A DNA stretch of 64,000 nucleotides. It comes from Cyclobacteriaceae bacterium. GTDB lineage: Bacteria; Bacteroidota; Bacteroidia; Cytophagales; Cyclobacteriaceae. The position numbers and the translations under genes were made by a program. Below the pieces are notes generated by a model. That model searched no databases. It saw only the letters and a list, made by a program, of their open reading frames with translations, and was not told the DNA's origin. This document shows positions 46,230-53,911 of the stretch, one piece after another. Position 1 is the stretch's first letter. Every line of letters starts with the position of its first letter. Where the stretch lies: assembly GCA_041750735.1 (NCBI GenBank), contig JBGSYX010000088.1:1346-65345 (forward strand). Direction: 5' to 3'.

Positions 46230-47093
46230 TTATTCAATTTTAATAAGTTCCACATCAAACATTAGCACGGCATTTGGTGGAATCACTCCTCCTGCGCCAC
46301 GCTCGCCATAAGCAAGAGCTGATGGAATATATAAGGTTCCTTTGCCACCGGCTTTTAACAATGCTATCCCTTCGTCCCAACCTGGAATCACCTGGCCCTG
46401 GCCAAGGATAAATTGTATTGGTTCGTTCCGGTCGAGCGATGAATCAAATTTGGTTCCATCGAGGAGCATTCCGGTATAATGAACGGTCACTTGCTGACCT
46501 GCGCTAGGGTTATTGCCCGTACCTTCTGTACTGATCACATAACGCAGGCCCGACTCCGTTGATTGTGCAGTGATTTGCTTTTGTTGTAGATAGCCGTCGA
46601 TAGTTTCTTTGTCTCTCGCTGATTGTTCTTCGCCTGCTTTCATCATTTCTTCCTGCATTTCTTCCTGCGTCAGGAATTTGCTGGCACCTATATAAAATGT
46701 TATTTCACCGGCTGAATCCAGCATTGGAGGTACCTGCGCTCTGAAAGACTCATCAAAGAGCTTTTTGGTTGGAATCTTTACAATAATTGAATCACCTTCC
46801 TTAATAATCTGAAACGCTTTATAGAGAGGACCCATACTGGACCACTCACCAAGGTTACATGGTATAGCCACCGGACTCTCGGCTTTTGTCTCGAAAAGAA
46901 CACTGTCTTTTTCGCTTTTATATACAATGTTGTAATAACAAACTATTCCATCCTTAGGGGCCTCACCGGTGCCTTCTTTTACATATTTGTATTTGTATCC
47001 GTCTGGCGATTCCAAAAATTTTTCGTTCTGACATCCGTACAACGATCCTGCTGCCACTATGGCGGCTATCGTGATTATTGATTTTAATTGCAT
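46230..47093 (-). CDS. FKBP-type peptidyl-prolyl isomerase lipoprotein
   Basis: The 287-aa product has a lipoprotein signal (AAGSLYGC) and an FKBP domain (VTVHYTGMLLDGTKFDSS...FILGQGQVIPGWDEG...YIPSALAYGERG...LMFDVELI). Confidence 0.9.
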   Translation of the reverse strand: MQLKSIITIAAIVAAGSLYGCQNEKFLESPDGYKYKYVKEGTGEAPKDGIVCYYNIVYKSEKDSVLFETKAESPVAIPCNLGEWSSMGPLYKAFQIIKEGDSIIVKIPTKKLFDESFRAQVPPMLDSAGEITFYIGASKFLTQEEMQEEMMKAGEEQSARDKETIDGYLQQKQITAQSTESGLRYVISTEGTGNNPSAGQQVTVHYTGMLLDGTKFDSSLDRNEPIQFILGQGQVIPGWDEGIALLKAGGKGTLYIPSALAYGERGAGGVIPPNAVLMFDVELIKIE

Positions 47094-47099
47094 TTTTAT

Positions 47100-48119
47100 T
47101 TAGTTATAGTTTTTATTTAAATCTGCTTTATAGGATTTAAGAAGCTGTTTAAACTTCTCCACCGTTTCGTCCAGACCGATATCCGACTTTCCTCCGGCGG
47201 CATTTGTGTGGCCTCCACCTTCGAAATGAGAACGGGCAAATTCATTCACTGAAAATTCCCCGCGTGAGCGAAGTGAAAGACGAATGGTGTCGGGTCGCTC
47301 AACAATGAGTGCTGAAAACACAATACCCTGAATGGACAATCCGTAATTTACCAGGCCTTCTGTGTCGCCGGTTTTATGGTTGTATTGCTTTAGGTCTTCT
47401 GCGGTAATGGCAAAATACACGGTGCGGTATTCACTCATTATCGTCATTCTATTACCGAGGGCAAACCCCAGAAATTTCATCCGGTCCACGGAATTATTAT
47501 CATAGATGAGCCATGCAATTTTAGAAACATCAGCGCCAAGTTCGATCAAATCGGCCGTGACCATGTGGACGTTCTTTGTGGTATTCGGATGCTTGAATTG
47601 CCCTGTGTCCGTCATGATTCCGGCATAAAGACAATCGGCAATACCTTTATCGATAAAATGTCGATCCTGAAGATTGACGATCAGTTCATATACAAGTTCA
47701 GCGGTAGCTGCTGCCTCGGTAGTCCAGAATTCAAAGTCAGCAAAATGCTCTGGTTCCAGGTGATGGTCGATCAGCACTTTTTTGGCTTTCGACTCTTTCA
47801 CATACTCGCCAAGTTGGTTGAGTCGCTGAAGACAATTGAAATCCAGGCAAAAGATGATATCAGCATCCCGAATCGCCCTGGAGCATTTTTCAGTTTCATC
47901 CTCTTCAAAATTGATGACCTCTTCATGACCATCCATCCAGTGCAGAAATTCAGGATAGTCCGATGGTGAAATTACCATTACCTCGTGACCTTTCTTTATG
48001 AGGTACGAAGACAGCGCAAGCGAACTCCCAAGCGCGTCGGCATCTGGCTTGTAATGCGTGGTAATGATAATTTTTTGAGGGGAATTAAGTAATGCCTTGA
48101 ACGACTCTAACTGCTGCAT
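47100..48119 (-). CDS. nrnA: DHH-family phosphoesterase (NrnA-like oligoribonuclease/pAp phosphatase)
   Basis: The 339-aa product has the motifs HYKPDADALGS and LIDHH, and the DHHA1 motif GGGHTNAAGG. Confidence 0.85.
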   Translation of the reverse strand: MQQLESFKALLNSPQKIIITTHYKPDADALGSSLALSSYLIKKGHEVMVISPSDYPEFLHWMDGHEEVINFEEDETEKCSRAIRDADIIFCLDFNCLQRLNQLGEYVKESKAKKVLIDHHLEPEHFADFEFWTTEAAATAELVYELIVNLQDRHFIDKGIADCLYAGIMTDTGQFKHPNTTKNVHMVTADLIELGADVSKIAWLIYDNNSVDRMKFLGFALGNRMTIMSEYRTVYFAITAEDLKQYNHKTGDTEGLVNYGLSIQGIVFSALIVERPDTIRLSLRSRGEFSVNEFARSHFEGGGHTNAAGGKSDIGLDETVEKFKQLLKSYKADLNKNYN

Positions 48120-48262
48120 AAAATAGGCCCAGTCCAGGGCTGAATAACGAGTTGCAAAACTGCGAATAAAAAAAATAAAAACAAATCCTCCATTTCAAGC
48201 AATTTGAGCGGTTTTGGATTGAAGAAATACAATTAGAGGCTACGACTTAAGCGCTAAACTTA

Positions 48263-48270
48263 TATTTTTG
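48263..48270 (+). promoter_or_regulatory. Candidate -7 promoter box TATTTTTG for ndk
   Basis: This matches TAnnTTTG and ends 23 nt upstream of the ndk ATG at 48294. Confidence 0.45.
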
Positions 48271-48293
48271 TGCAAACAAAAAGAGACACTAAC

Positions 48294-48713
48294 ATGGCAA
48301 CAAACCGAACATTTACAATGATTAAACCCGATGCTGTGGCAGACGGATTTTCCGGAGCAATCCTGAAAATGATCGAAGACGCAGGCTTCCGGCTCGTGGC
48401 AATAAAAATGGTGAAACTTTCCAAAGAACGCGCCGGCCAGTTTTATGCGGTGCACAAGGAAAGGCCCTTCTACGACAGTCTGTGCAAATATATGTCATCG
48501 GGCCATATCATTGCCGCTATTCTCGAGAAAGACAATGCCGTAGAAGATTTTAGAAAACTCATTGGCGCCACCAACCCGGCCCAGGCTGCAGAAGGTACTA
48601 TAAGGAAGCTGTATGCCCACTCACTTGAATCAAATGCCGTGCACGGATCAGATTCCAACGAAAACGCCGAAATTGAAGGGAACTTCTACTTTTCGGATAT
48701 GGAAAAATTCTGA
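48294..48713 (+). CDS. ndk: Nucleoside diphosphate kinase
   Basis: The product starts [15 protein letters not shown] and contains NAVHGSDS with the active-site His. The ORF-track TTG extension at 48270 was rejected. Confidence 0.95.
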   Translation: MATNRTFTMIKPDAVADGFSGAILKMIEDAGFRLVAIKMVKLSKERAGQFYAVHKERPFYDSLCKYMSSGHIIAAILEKDNAVEDFRKLIGATNPAQAAEGTIRKLYAHSLESNAVHGSDSNENAEIEGNFYFSDMEKF

Positions 48714-48733
48714 TATTCTACCCTCCTAAAAAG

Positions 48734-48769
48734 AGCCCTGGTTACGATAAATGATCGGGGCTTTTTTTT
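48734..48769. terminator. Intrinsic terminator after ndk (A-run upstream, so possibly bidirectional)
   Basis: AGCCCTG (48734-48740) pairs with CGGGGCT (48756-48762), including one G-U pair, around a 15-nt loop, and is followed by T8. Confidence 0.6.
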
Positions 48770-48779
48770 ATTGCCTACC

Positions 48780-49829
48780 CTACTTGTGAAAAAATACACG
48801 GTTGATCCAGCGCGGAAGAAAAATAGCACCGAGCAACAGGTATGGATAATAAGTGAATAATCTCCAAAAAAGATTCACGATAAGCGTGTAATCACCCAGC
48901 GTTTCCTGAAAGAACATAGGAAAGAAATACTCAGCGGTGCCACTACTACCCGGGGTTGGCGATATCAACATCACAACCCACAATACAATCTGTTTTCCAA
49001 AAATCGTCAAATGTTCAAGGATGCTAATCTTGGCGAAGGAGGTCATTAGAATATTCAACAGAAGATATCGTGACGACCAGATGAAAACAGTTGACAAGGC
49101 AATCTTGGTCCAGAATTTATACCCCATCCCTTTGAGTTCCTGGCTGGCGATGATCATTTCAGTACCGCGTTCATGGGCTGCATATTGCCATTTTTTTAAC
49201 AACCTGTTCGAAGTAATCTTAATCAACAACCACTTGAAACCCCTAGGATTTATAAACAGGGCAAAAGTCATAATGAAGGTATAGAGTGCTACCAGCGAAT
49301 AACTTATATAATATATTGATGTAACACTTTCTCTCAATACCCCTGAGTTTTCGATGGTAGCAGGAAAAACAGCGCTCATTCCCAGTATAAGTACCAAGGG
49401 GGCTGCAACGACAAAAAAAAGGTTGTCCATGATGGCTGTGACAAATACATAGCCCAGAGCCTTACCCGGTTTTATGCCCTCTTTCCAAAGTATAAAGACA
49501 GCTACCGCAGTACCCCCGACTACTGAAGGGGTGACGGCCGAGGCAAATTCCCAAAGAATAATGGTATATAGGCTACCTGTCCAGGTAAGCGCCTTATCGG
49601 TAAGGGTTCTGATGCGATAGATATAACCCAGAAACCTCATAAAGAAAACTACTATTGCCAGTAACACCGGCCATACAGATGCATTGACCACCAGTGCCAG
49701 TTTGGCGAAAGTGATATCAGGGTCGCTAACAAAAAGATAAATGACAATACCGACACCTAGCGCTATGGGCACCCATACTTTTTGAGGATTCAGTGTCTTC
49801 AGGATTTTCTTGGCATCGAGATCCATCAA
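48780..49829 (-). CDS. Flippase-like / LPG-synthase-TM (UPF0104) family membrane protein
   Basis: The 349-aa product has about 8 TM helices, and its overall pattern matches UPF0104 as I recall it. The start overlaps the scpA stop (TTGATGG context). Confidence 0.5.
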   Translation of the reverse strand: MMDLDAKKILKTLNPQKVWVPIALGVGIVIYLFVSDPDITFAKLALVVNASVWPVLLAIVVFFMRFLGYIYRIRTLTDKALTWTGSLYTIILWEFASAVTPSVVGGTAVAVFILWKEGIKPGKALGYVFVTAIMDNLFFVVAAPLVLILGMSAVFPATIENSGVLRESVTSIYYISYSLVALYTFIMTFALFINPRGFKWLLIKITSNRLLKKWQYAAHERGTEMIIASQELKGMGYKFWTKIALSTVFIWSSRYLLLNILMTSFAKISILEHLTIFGKQIVLWVVMLISPTPGSSGTAEYFFPMFFQETLGDYTLIVNLFWRLFTYYPYLLLGAIFLPRWINRVFFHK

Positions 49830-50641
49830 TCGGTTATATTTTCTTCTACGGGCTCTTTCGAACCAATCCAGAAATTATTGAAGCCTTCGCCCAGGGTCAC
49901 GGTGATCAATTGCAGTTGAAGCAATTCCAGTATGGCGAGAAAATTGTAAATAACGGCAAGGCGCTGTGTGTTGTACTCCATGACCTGAATAAAGGATATT
50001 TTCTTTTTTTCATTCAGGCGTTCAAGGATAAAATCTTTTTGCTGCTCTATGGTATATGGATATTGAACTACTTTGTGCGCCGGCATTTCAGCAGCGGCTT
50101 CAAACCGTACGAGGACTTTCTGAAATACTCTGAGTAATTTGTATAAATCAACATCCTGGAGTTCGCTTTCAACATTAATATCTTCCGAAAGTTTCTTGAT
50201 TTCCTTGTCGATATTCCCACGCTTTTCCCGCTGCATCATCTCCAATTCCATTGCGGAGAGCTGATCTAGAACAGATTTATATTTTTTATATTCCAGTAAA
50301 TGTTTCACCAATTCCTCCCGCGGGTCGATCTCATTGCCCTCTTCATCCAGCTGCGGACGGGGCAGGAGCATTTTCGCCTTAATTCTCATAAGTTTAGCCG
50401 CCACGAGAATAAACTCGCTGGCCACTTCCATATTGAGTTTTTCCAATTCTTTCAGGTATGCCAGAAAATCGTTTGTGATGCGCGTTATAGGAATGTCATA
50501 AATATCCAGTTCATCGCGCTCGATGAAAAAAAGGAGTAGATCGAAGGGGCCTTCAAACAACGGTATTTTAACTTCAAAACTCACTTTATGGATTTTTTTA
50601 ATTCTAATCTGATGAGACTCTGCACACTGAGCCGGCGTCAA
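49826..50641 (-). CDS. scpA: Segregation and condensation protein A
   Basis: The product carries the kleisin motif FEGPFDLLLFFIERDELDIYDIPI. The start is uncertain: the ORF-track TTG at 50641, or a GTG at 50584 giving MSFEVKIPLFEGP. Confidence 0.88.
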   Translation of the reverse strand: MTPAQCAESHQIRIKKIHKVSFEVKIPLFEGPFDLLLFFIERDELDIYDIPITRITNDFLAYLKELEKLNMEVASEFILVAAKLMRIKAKMLLPRPQLDEEGNEIDPREELVKHLLEYKKYKSVLDQLSAMELEMMQREKRGNIDKEIKKLSEDINVESELQDVDLYKLLRVFQKVLVRFEAAAEMPAHKVVQYPYTIEQQKDFILERLNEKKKISFIQVMEYNTQRLAVIYNFLAILELLQLQLITVTLGEGFNNFWIGSKEPVEENITD

Positions 50642-50743
50642 AGATATTTATATTGGAGCCATAATGGGCGATTTTCATGAAAAAATAATGTACTTTTGCC
50701 CTCCTCTTATTCCGTTTCTATAACTGTTAAAGGAATACGCGGC

Positions 50744-50788
50744 AACAATTAGTATTGTTTAATTGTTTAAAGGTTTGCTTAAACAATT
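50744..50788 (+). promoter_or_regulatory. Structured dxs leader with alternative A/T-rich hairpins ending 5 nt before the start codon
   Basis: There is a perfect 10-bp stem, AATTGTTTAA (50761-50770) paired with TTAAACAATT (50779-50788). An upstream AACAAT (50744-50749) can pair with either copy of the tandem ATTGTTTA ATTGTTTA (50754-50769). A TACTTTTG box lies at 50691-50698. Confidence 0.4.
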
Positions 50789-50793
50789 CCGTT

Positions 50794-52725
50794 ATGATTA
50801 TACAACCCGGCAAGATTCTGGCTGGAATCAATTCTCCTGAAGACATCAAGAAACTTGATCAAAATCAATTGGTTGAACTTTGCAATGACCTCCGCCAGTT
50901 TATTATAGATAATGTATCTGTTTACGGTGGGCATTTCGGAGCCAGCCTGGGCGTTGTCGAATTGACGGTAGCAATGCATTATGTATTCAACACGCCTTAC
51001 GATCTGCTTGTTTGGGATGTAGGGCACCAGGCCTATGGCCACAAAATCCTCACGGGCAGACGCGACCAGTTTCACACCAATCGTACCTATAAAGGAATCG
51101 CCGGATTTCCAAAACGATCCGAAAGTATCTATGATTCCTTTGGTGTAGGGCATTCTTCCACATCCATTTCAGCCGGATTGGGCATGGCAGTGGCTTCTAA
51201 TTATCGAAACGAAAAAGACCGCCAGCACATCGCTGTGATTGGTGATGGTGCCATGACTGGAGGGCAGGCCTTTGAAGCCATGAATCATGCTGGAGTTTCC
51301 AATACCAATCTGCTCATTATTCTTAATGATAACTGTATGTCCATCGATCCGAATGTAGGAGCATTGAAGGACTATCTCACCGATATCACCACTTCGCAAA
51401 CATATAATAAGATGAAGCGCGACTTGTGGAAAGTTCTTGGAAAAATGAGCCATTTCGGAAAGAGCGCACGGGAAGTGGCATCTAAAGTAGAAGGTAGCGT
51501 AAAGTCATTGATCCTCCAGCAAAGTAATCTGTTTGAATCGTTAAAACTCCGCTACTTCGGCCCGGTCGATGGCCACGATGTCGATCATCTCGTCCACTTA
51601 CTCAACGACCTGAAAAACATTCCCGGGCCGAAAATCCTGCATTGTATCACCACGAAAGGCAAAGGTTTTTCTCTGGCGGAAAAAGATCAGACCAAATGGC
51701 ATGCTCCAGGAAAATTCGATAAGCTTACAGGAGTAATCCGTCAGAAAGAAGAAGAACTTCCACAACCACCAAAATACCAAGTCGTGTTTGGGGAGACCCT
51801 TGTGGAACTCGCCCGGGAGAACAACAAAATTATGGGCGTAACACCGGCTATGCCATCCGGATCGTCTATGAATATCATGATGAAAGAAATGCCCGATCGG
51901 GCATTCGACGTCGGCATCGCTGAACAGCACGCAGTTACATTTTCTGCAGGCCTCGCATCACAGGGCATTATTCCCTTTTGCAATATCTATTCAACCTTCA
52001 TGCAGCGGGCTTTCGATCAAGTGATTCATGATGTGGCTATTCAAAAACTTCAGGTGGTCTTCTGTCTTGACCGTGCCGGCCTCGTCGGCGAAGATGGCCC
52101 CACCCATCATGGCGCTTACGACATCGCCTACATGAGGAGTATTCCAAACATGGTCATCGCTGCCCCGATGAACGAGTTGGAGTTGAGAAATATGATGTAC
52201 ACAGCCCAGTTACCCGGACAAGGGCCGTTCACGATACGGTATCCGCGCGGTCAGGGTGTATTGTCTGAATGGCGGCTACCTTTTGAAGTACTGGATGTCG
52301 GTAAAGGCAGGAAGCTTGTCGATGGGCAGGAAGTAGCCATTTTATCGCTCGGACACACCGGAAATTACGTAACCGAAGCCCTGGATATACTCAATACCCA
52401 GGAGATCTATCCGGCGCATTATGATATGCGTTTTGTGAAACCTCTCGATAAGGAAATGCTTCATGAGGTCTTTGGGAAATTCCAAAAAATTGTAACCGTA
52501 GAGGACGGATGCCTGCCTGGTGGATTCGGCTCTGCGATACTTGAGTTTATGGCCGATCATCAATACACCGCCAAGGTGGTACGTCTGGGAATACCGGACA
52601 GAGTAGTAGATCACGGTTCCCCTGAACAATTGCATCAGGAGTGCGGATATGACACGAGAGGAATTGTGAACGCTGCTACCCTACTCTTTGAGCAGGAATT
52701 GGCTAAACCTTTAAATGCGTTATAA
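50794..52725 (+). CDS. dxs: 1-deoxy-D-xylulose-5-phosphate synthase
   Basis: The product has the motifs GGHFGASLGVVELTVA, DVGHQAY, GHSSTSISAGLGMA, IGDGAMTGG and EQHAVTF. I prefer the ATG at 50794 (MIIQPGKILAGINSPEDIKKL) over the TTG at 50755. Confidence 0.95.
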   Translation: MIIQPGKILAGINSPEDIKKLDQNQLVELCNDLRQFIIDNVSVYGGHFGASLGVVELTVAMHYVFNTPYDLLVWDVGHQAYGHKILTGRRDQFHTNRTYKGIAGFPKRSESIYDSFGVGHSSTSISAGLGMAVASNYRNEKDRQHIAVIGDGAMTGGQAFEAMNHAGVSNTNLLIILNDNCMSIDPNVGALKDYLTDITTSQTYNKMKRDLWKVLGKMSHFGKSAREVASKVEGSVKSLILQQSNLFESLKLRYFGPVDGHDVDHLVHLLNDLKNIPGPKILHCITTKGKGFSLAEKDQTKWHAPGKFDKLTGVIRQKEEELPQPPKYQVVFGETLVELARENNKIMGVTPAMPSGSSMNIMMKEMPDRAFDVGIAEQHAVTFSAGLASQGIIPFCNIYSTFMQRAFDQVIHDVAIQKLQVVFCLDRAGLVGEDGPTHHGAYDIAYMRSIPNMVIAAPMNELELRNMMYTAQLPGQGPFTIRYPRGQGVLSEWRLPFEVLDVGKGRKLVDGQEVAILSLGHTGNYVTEALDILNTQEIYPAHYDMRFVKPLDKEMLHEVFGKFQKIVTVEDGCLPGGFGSAILEFMADHQYTAKVVRLGIPDRVVDHGSPEQLHQECGYDTRGIVNAATLLFEQELAKPLNAL

Positions 52726-52780
52726 TCCCATAACCAAGCGCACAATTCTTAATTGAATAAATCTATACCAATTTGATGCA

Positions 52781-53557
52781 ATGAATGCAATACATTTTTT
52801 AGAAGCAGGCACCGGCTTCCCTGTGGTTTTTCTTCATGGCTACTGCGAATCAAGTAAGATTTGGCAAAATCTCATGGATGAACTCTCTGACGAGTTCAGA
52901 ATTCTGTGCCCTGATTTACCGGGATTCGGCAAAAGTCCTGCCTTGAAAAATCCATTTTCATTGGAACAGGTTGGCGACAATATTATGCTTTGGCTGAGTG
53001 AACAACAAATAAGTCAGTCAGTAATCATTGGCCATTCACTTGGCGGATACATTGCGCTTGAACTTCTGCGAAAGCACAAAAAATCCATGACTGCTATGGG
53101 CCTTTTCAATTCTTCCGCTTTTGATGATTCGCCAGATAAAAAAGAAAACCGCGACAAACTCATTCAGTTCCTGTATCAGAATGGGGTGGCTCCGTTCATT
53201 AAGACATTTGTACCTTCCCTCTTTTATCCTCCTACTATGGCAAACTTTCAGCATGTTATTGATGAAATATCCAGCGACGGACTAAGCCTTGATGTCGGGG
53301 TTGTTGCAGGATATGCCGCCGCCATGCGCGACCGGAAAGACAGCATGGAATTATTGCAGAAATATTCGGACAGGATTCTCCTCATCGCCGGTGAACATGA
53401 CCAGAATGTACCACTGGAAAAAACCATGAAAATGGCAGCCTACCTTAATACAGACAACACACACATAATACCGGAGAGCGCTCATATGTGCTTGTTTGAA
53501 CAACCCGAAGCATGCTATAGCGCTGTAAGAACATTTCTGAAAACTGTTACTGCCTAA
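52781..53557 (+). CDS. Alpha/beta-fold hydrolase
   Basis: The 258-aa product has the motif HGYCES, a nucleophile elbow (GHSLGG) and a C-terminal His (SAHMCLFEQPE). Confidence 0.8.
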   Translation: MNAIHFLEAGTGFPVVFLHGYCESSKIWQNLMDELSDEFRILCPDLPGFGKSPALKNPFSLEQVGDNIMLWLSEQQISQSVIIGHSLGGYIALELLRKHKKSMTAMGLFNSSAFDDSPDKKENRDKLIQFLYQNGVAPFIKTFVPSLFYPPTMANFQHVIDEISSDGLSLDVGVVAGYAAAMRDRKDSMELLQKYSDRILLIAGEHDQNVPLEKTMKMAAYLNTDNTHIIPESAHMCLFEQPEACYSAVRTFLKTVTA

Positions 53558-53865
53558 CGAATCATTTTGTTTAGAGTTTCTTCCAAAGCCTTTTTTGGCA
53601 TGGCCCCAGATTGTCGCCACAGTATCTGGCCTTTGCGGAACAGTATTAATGTTGGGACTCCGCGAATTCCATAATGTGCAGCTGCGTGTTGGTTTTTATC
53701 AACATTAACTTTTATTACCTTTATGCGCCCATGCATACTGGAGGCGACTTCTTGGACTATTGGAGATAATACTTTACATGGACCACACCAATCCGCATAA
53801 AAGTCAACCAAGACAGGAATATCCGAGGTTTTTAAAAGATCGTTAAAAGTTTTTTTCGACGACAT
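53554..53865 (-). CDS. trxA: Thioredoxin
   Basis: The 103-aa product has the WCGPC active site and the motif GIRGVPTLILF. Confidence 0.93.
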   Translation of the reverse strand: MSSKKTFNDLLKTSDIPVLVDFYADWCGPCKVLSPIVQEVASSMHGRIKVIKVNVDKNQHAAAHYGIRGVPTLILFRKGQILWRQSGAMPKKALEETLNKMIR

Positions 53866-53911
53866 GACATTTTTGATTTTCTAAAGTGAATATACTTTAA
53901 CAATATAAAAG

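Noticed and set aside
50755-50793. N-terminal extensions offered by the ORF track for dxs (50755), ndk (48270), the OmpA-family gene (37140), purM (39319), pdxJ (58691) and the FKBP gene (46258).
   Set aside because: The extensions use TTG or upstream codons. They run through terminator hairpins (purM) or leader hairpins (dxs), or they precede canonical family N-termini or lipoprotein signals that start at a downstream ATG.
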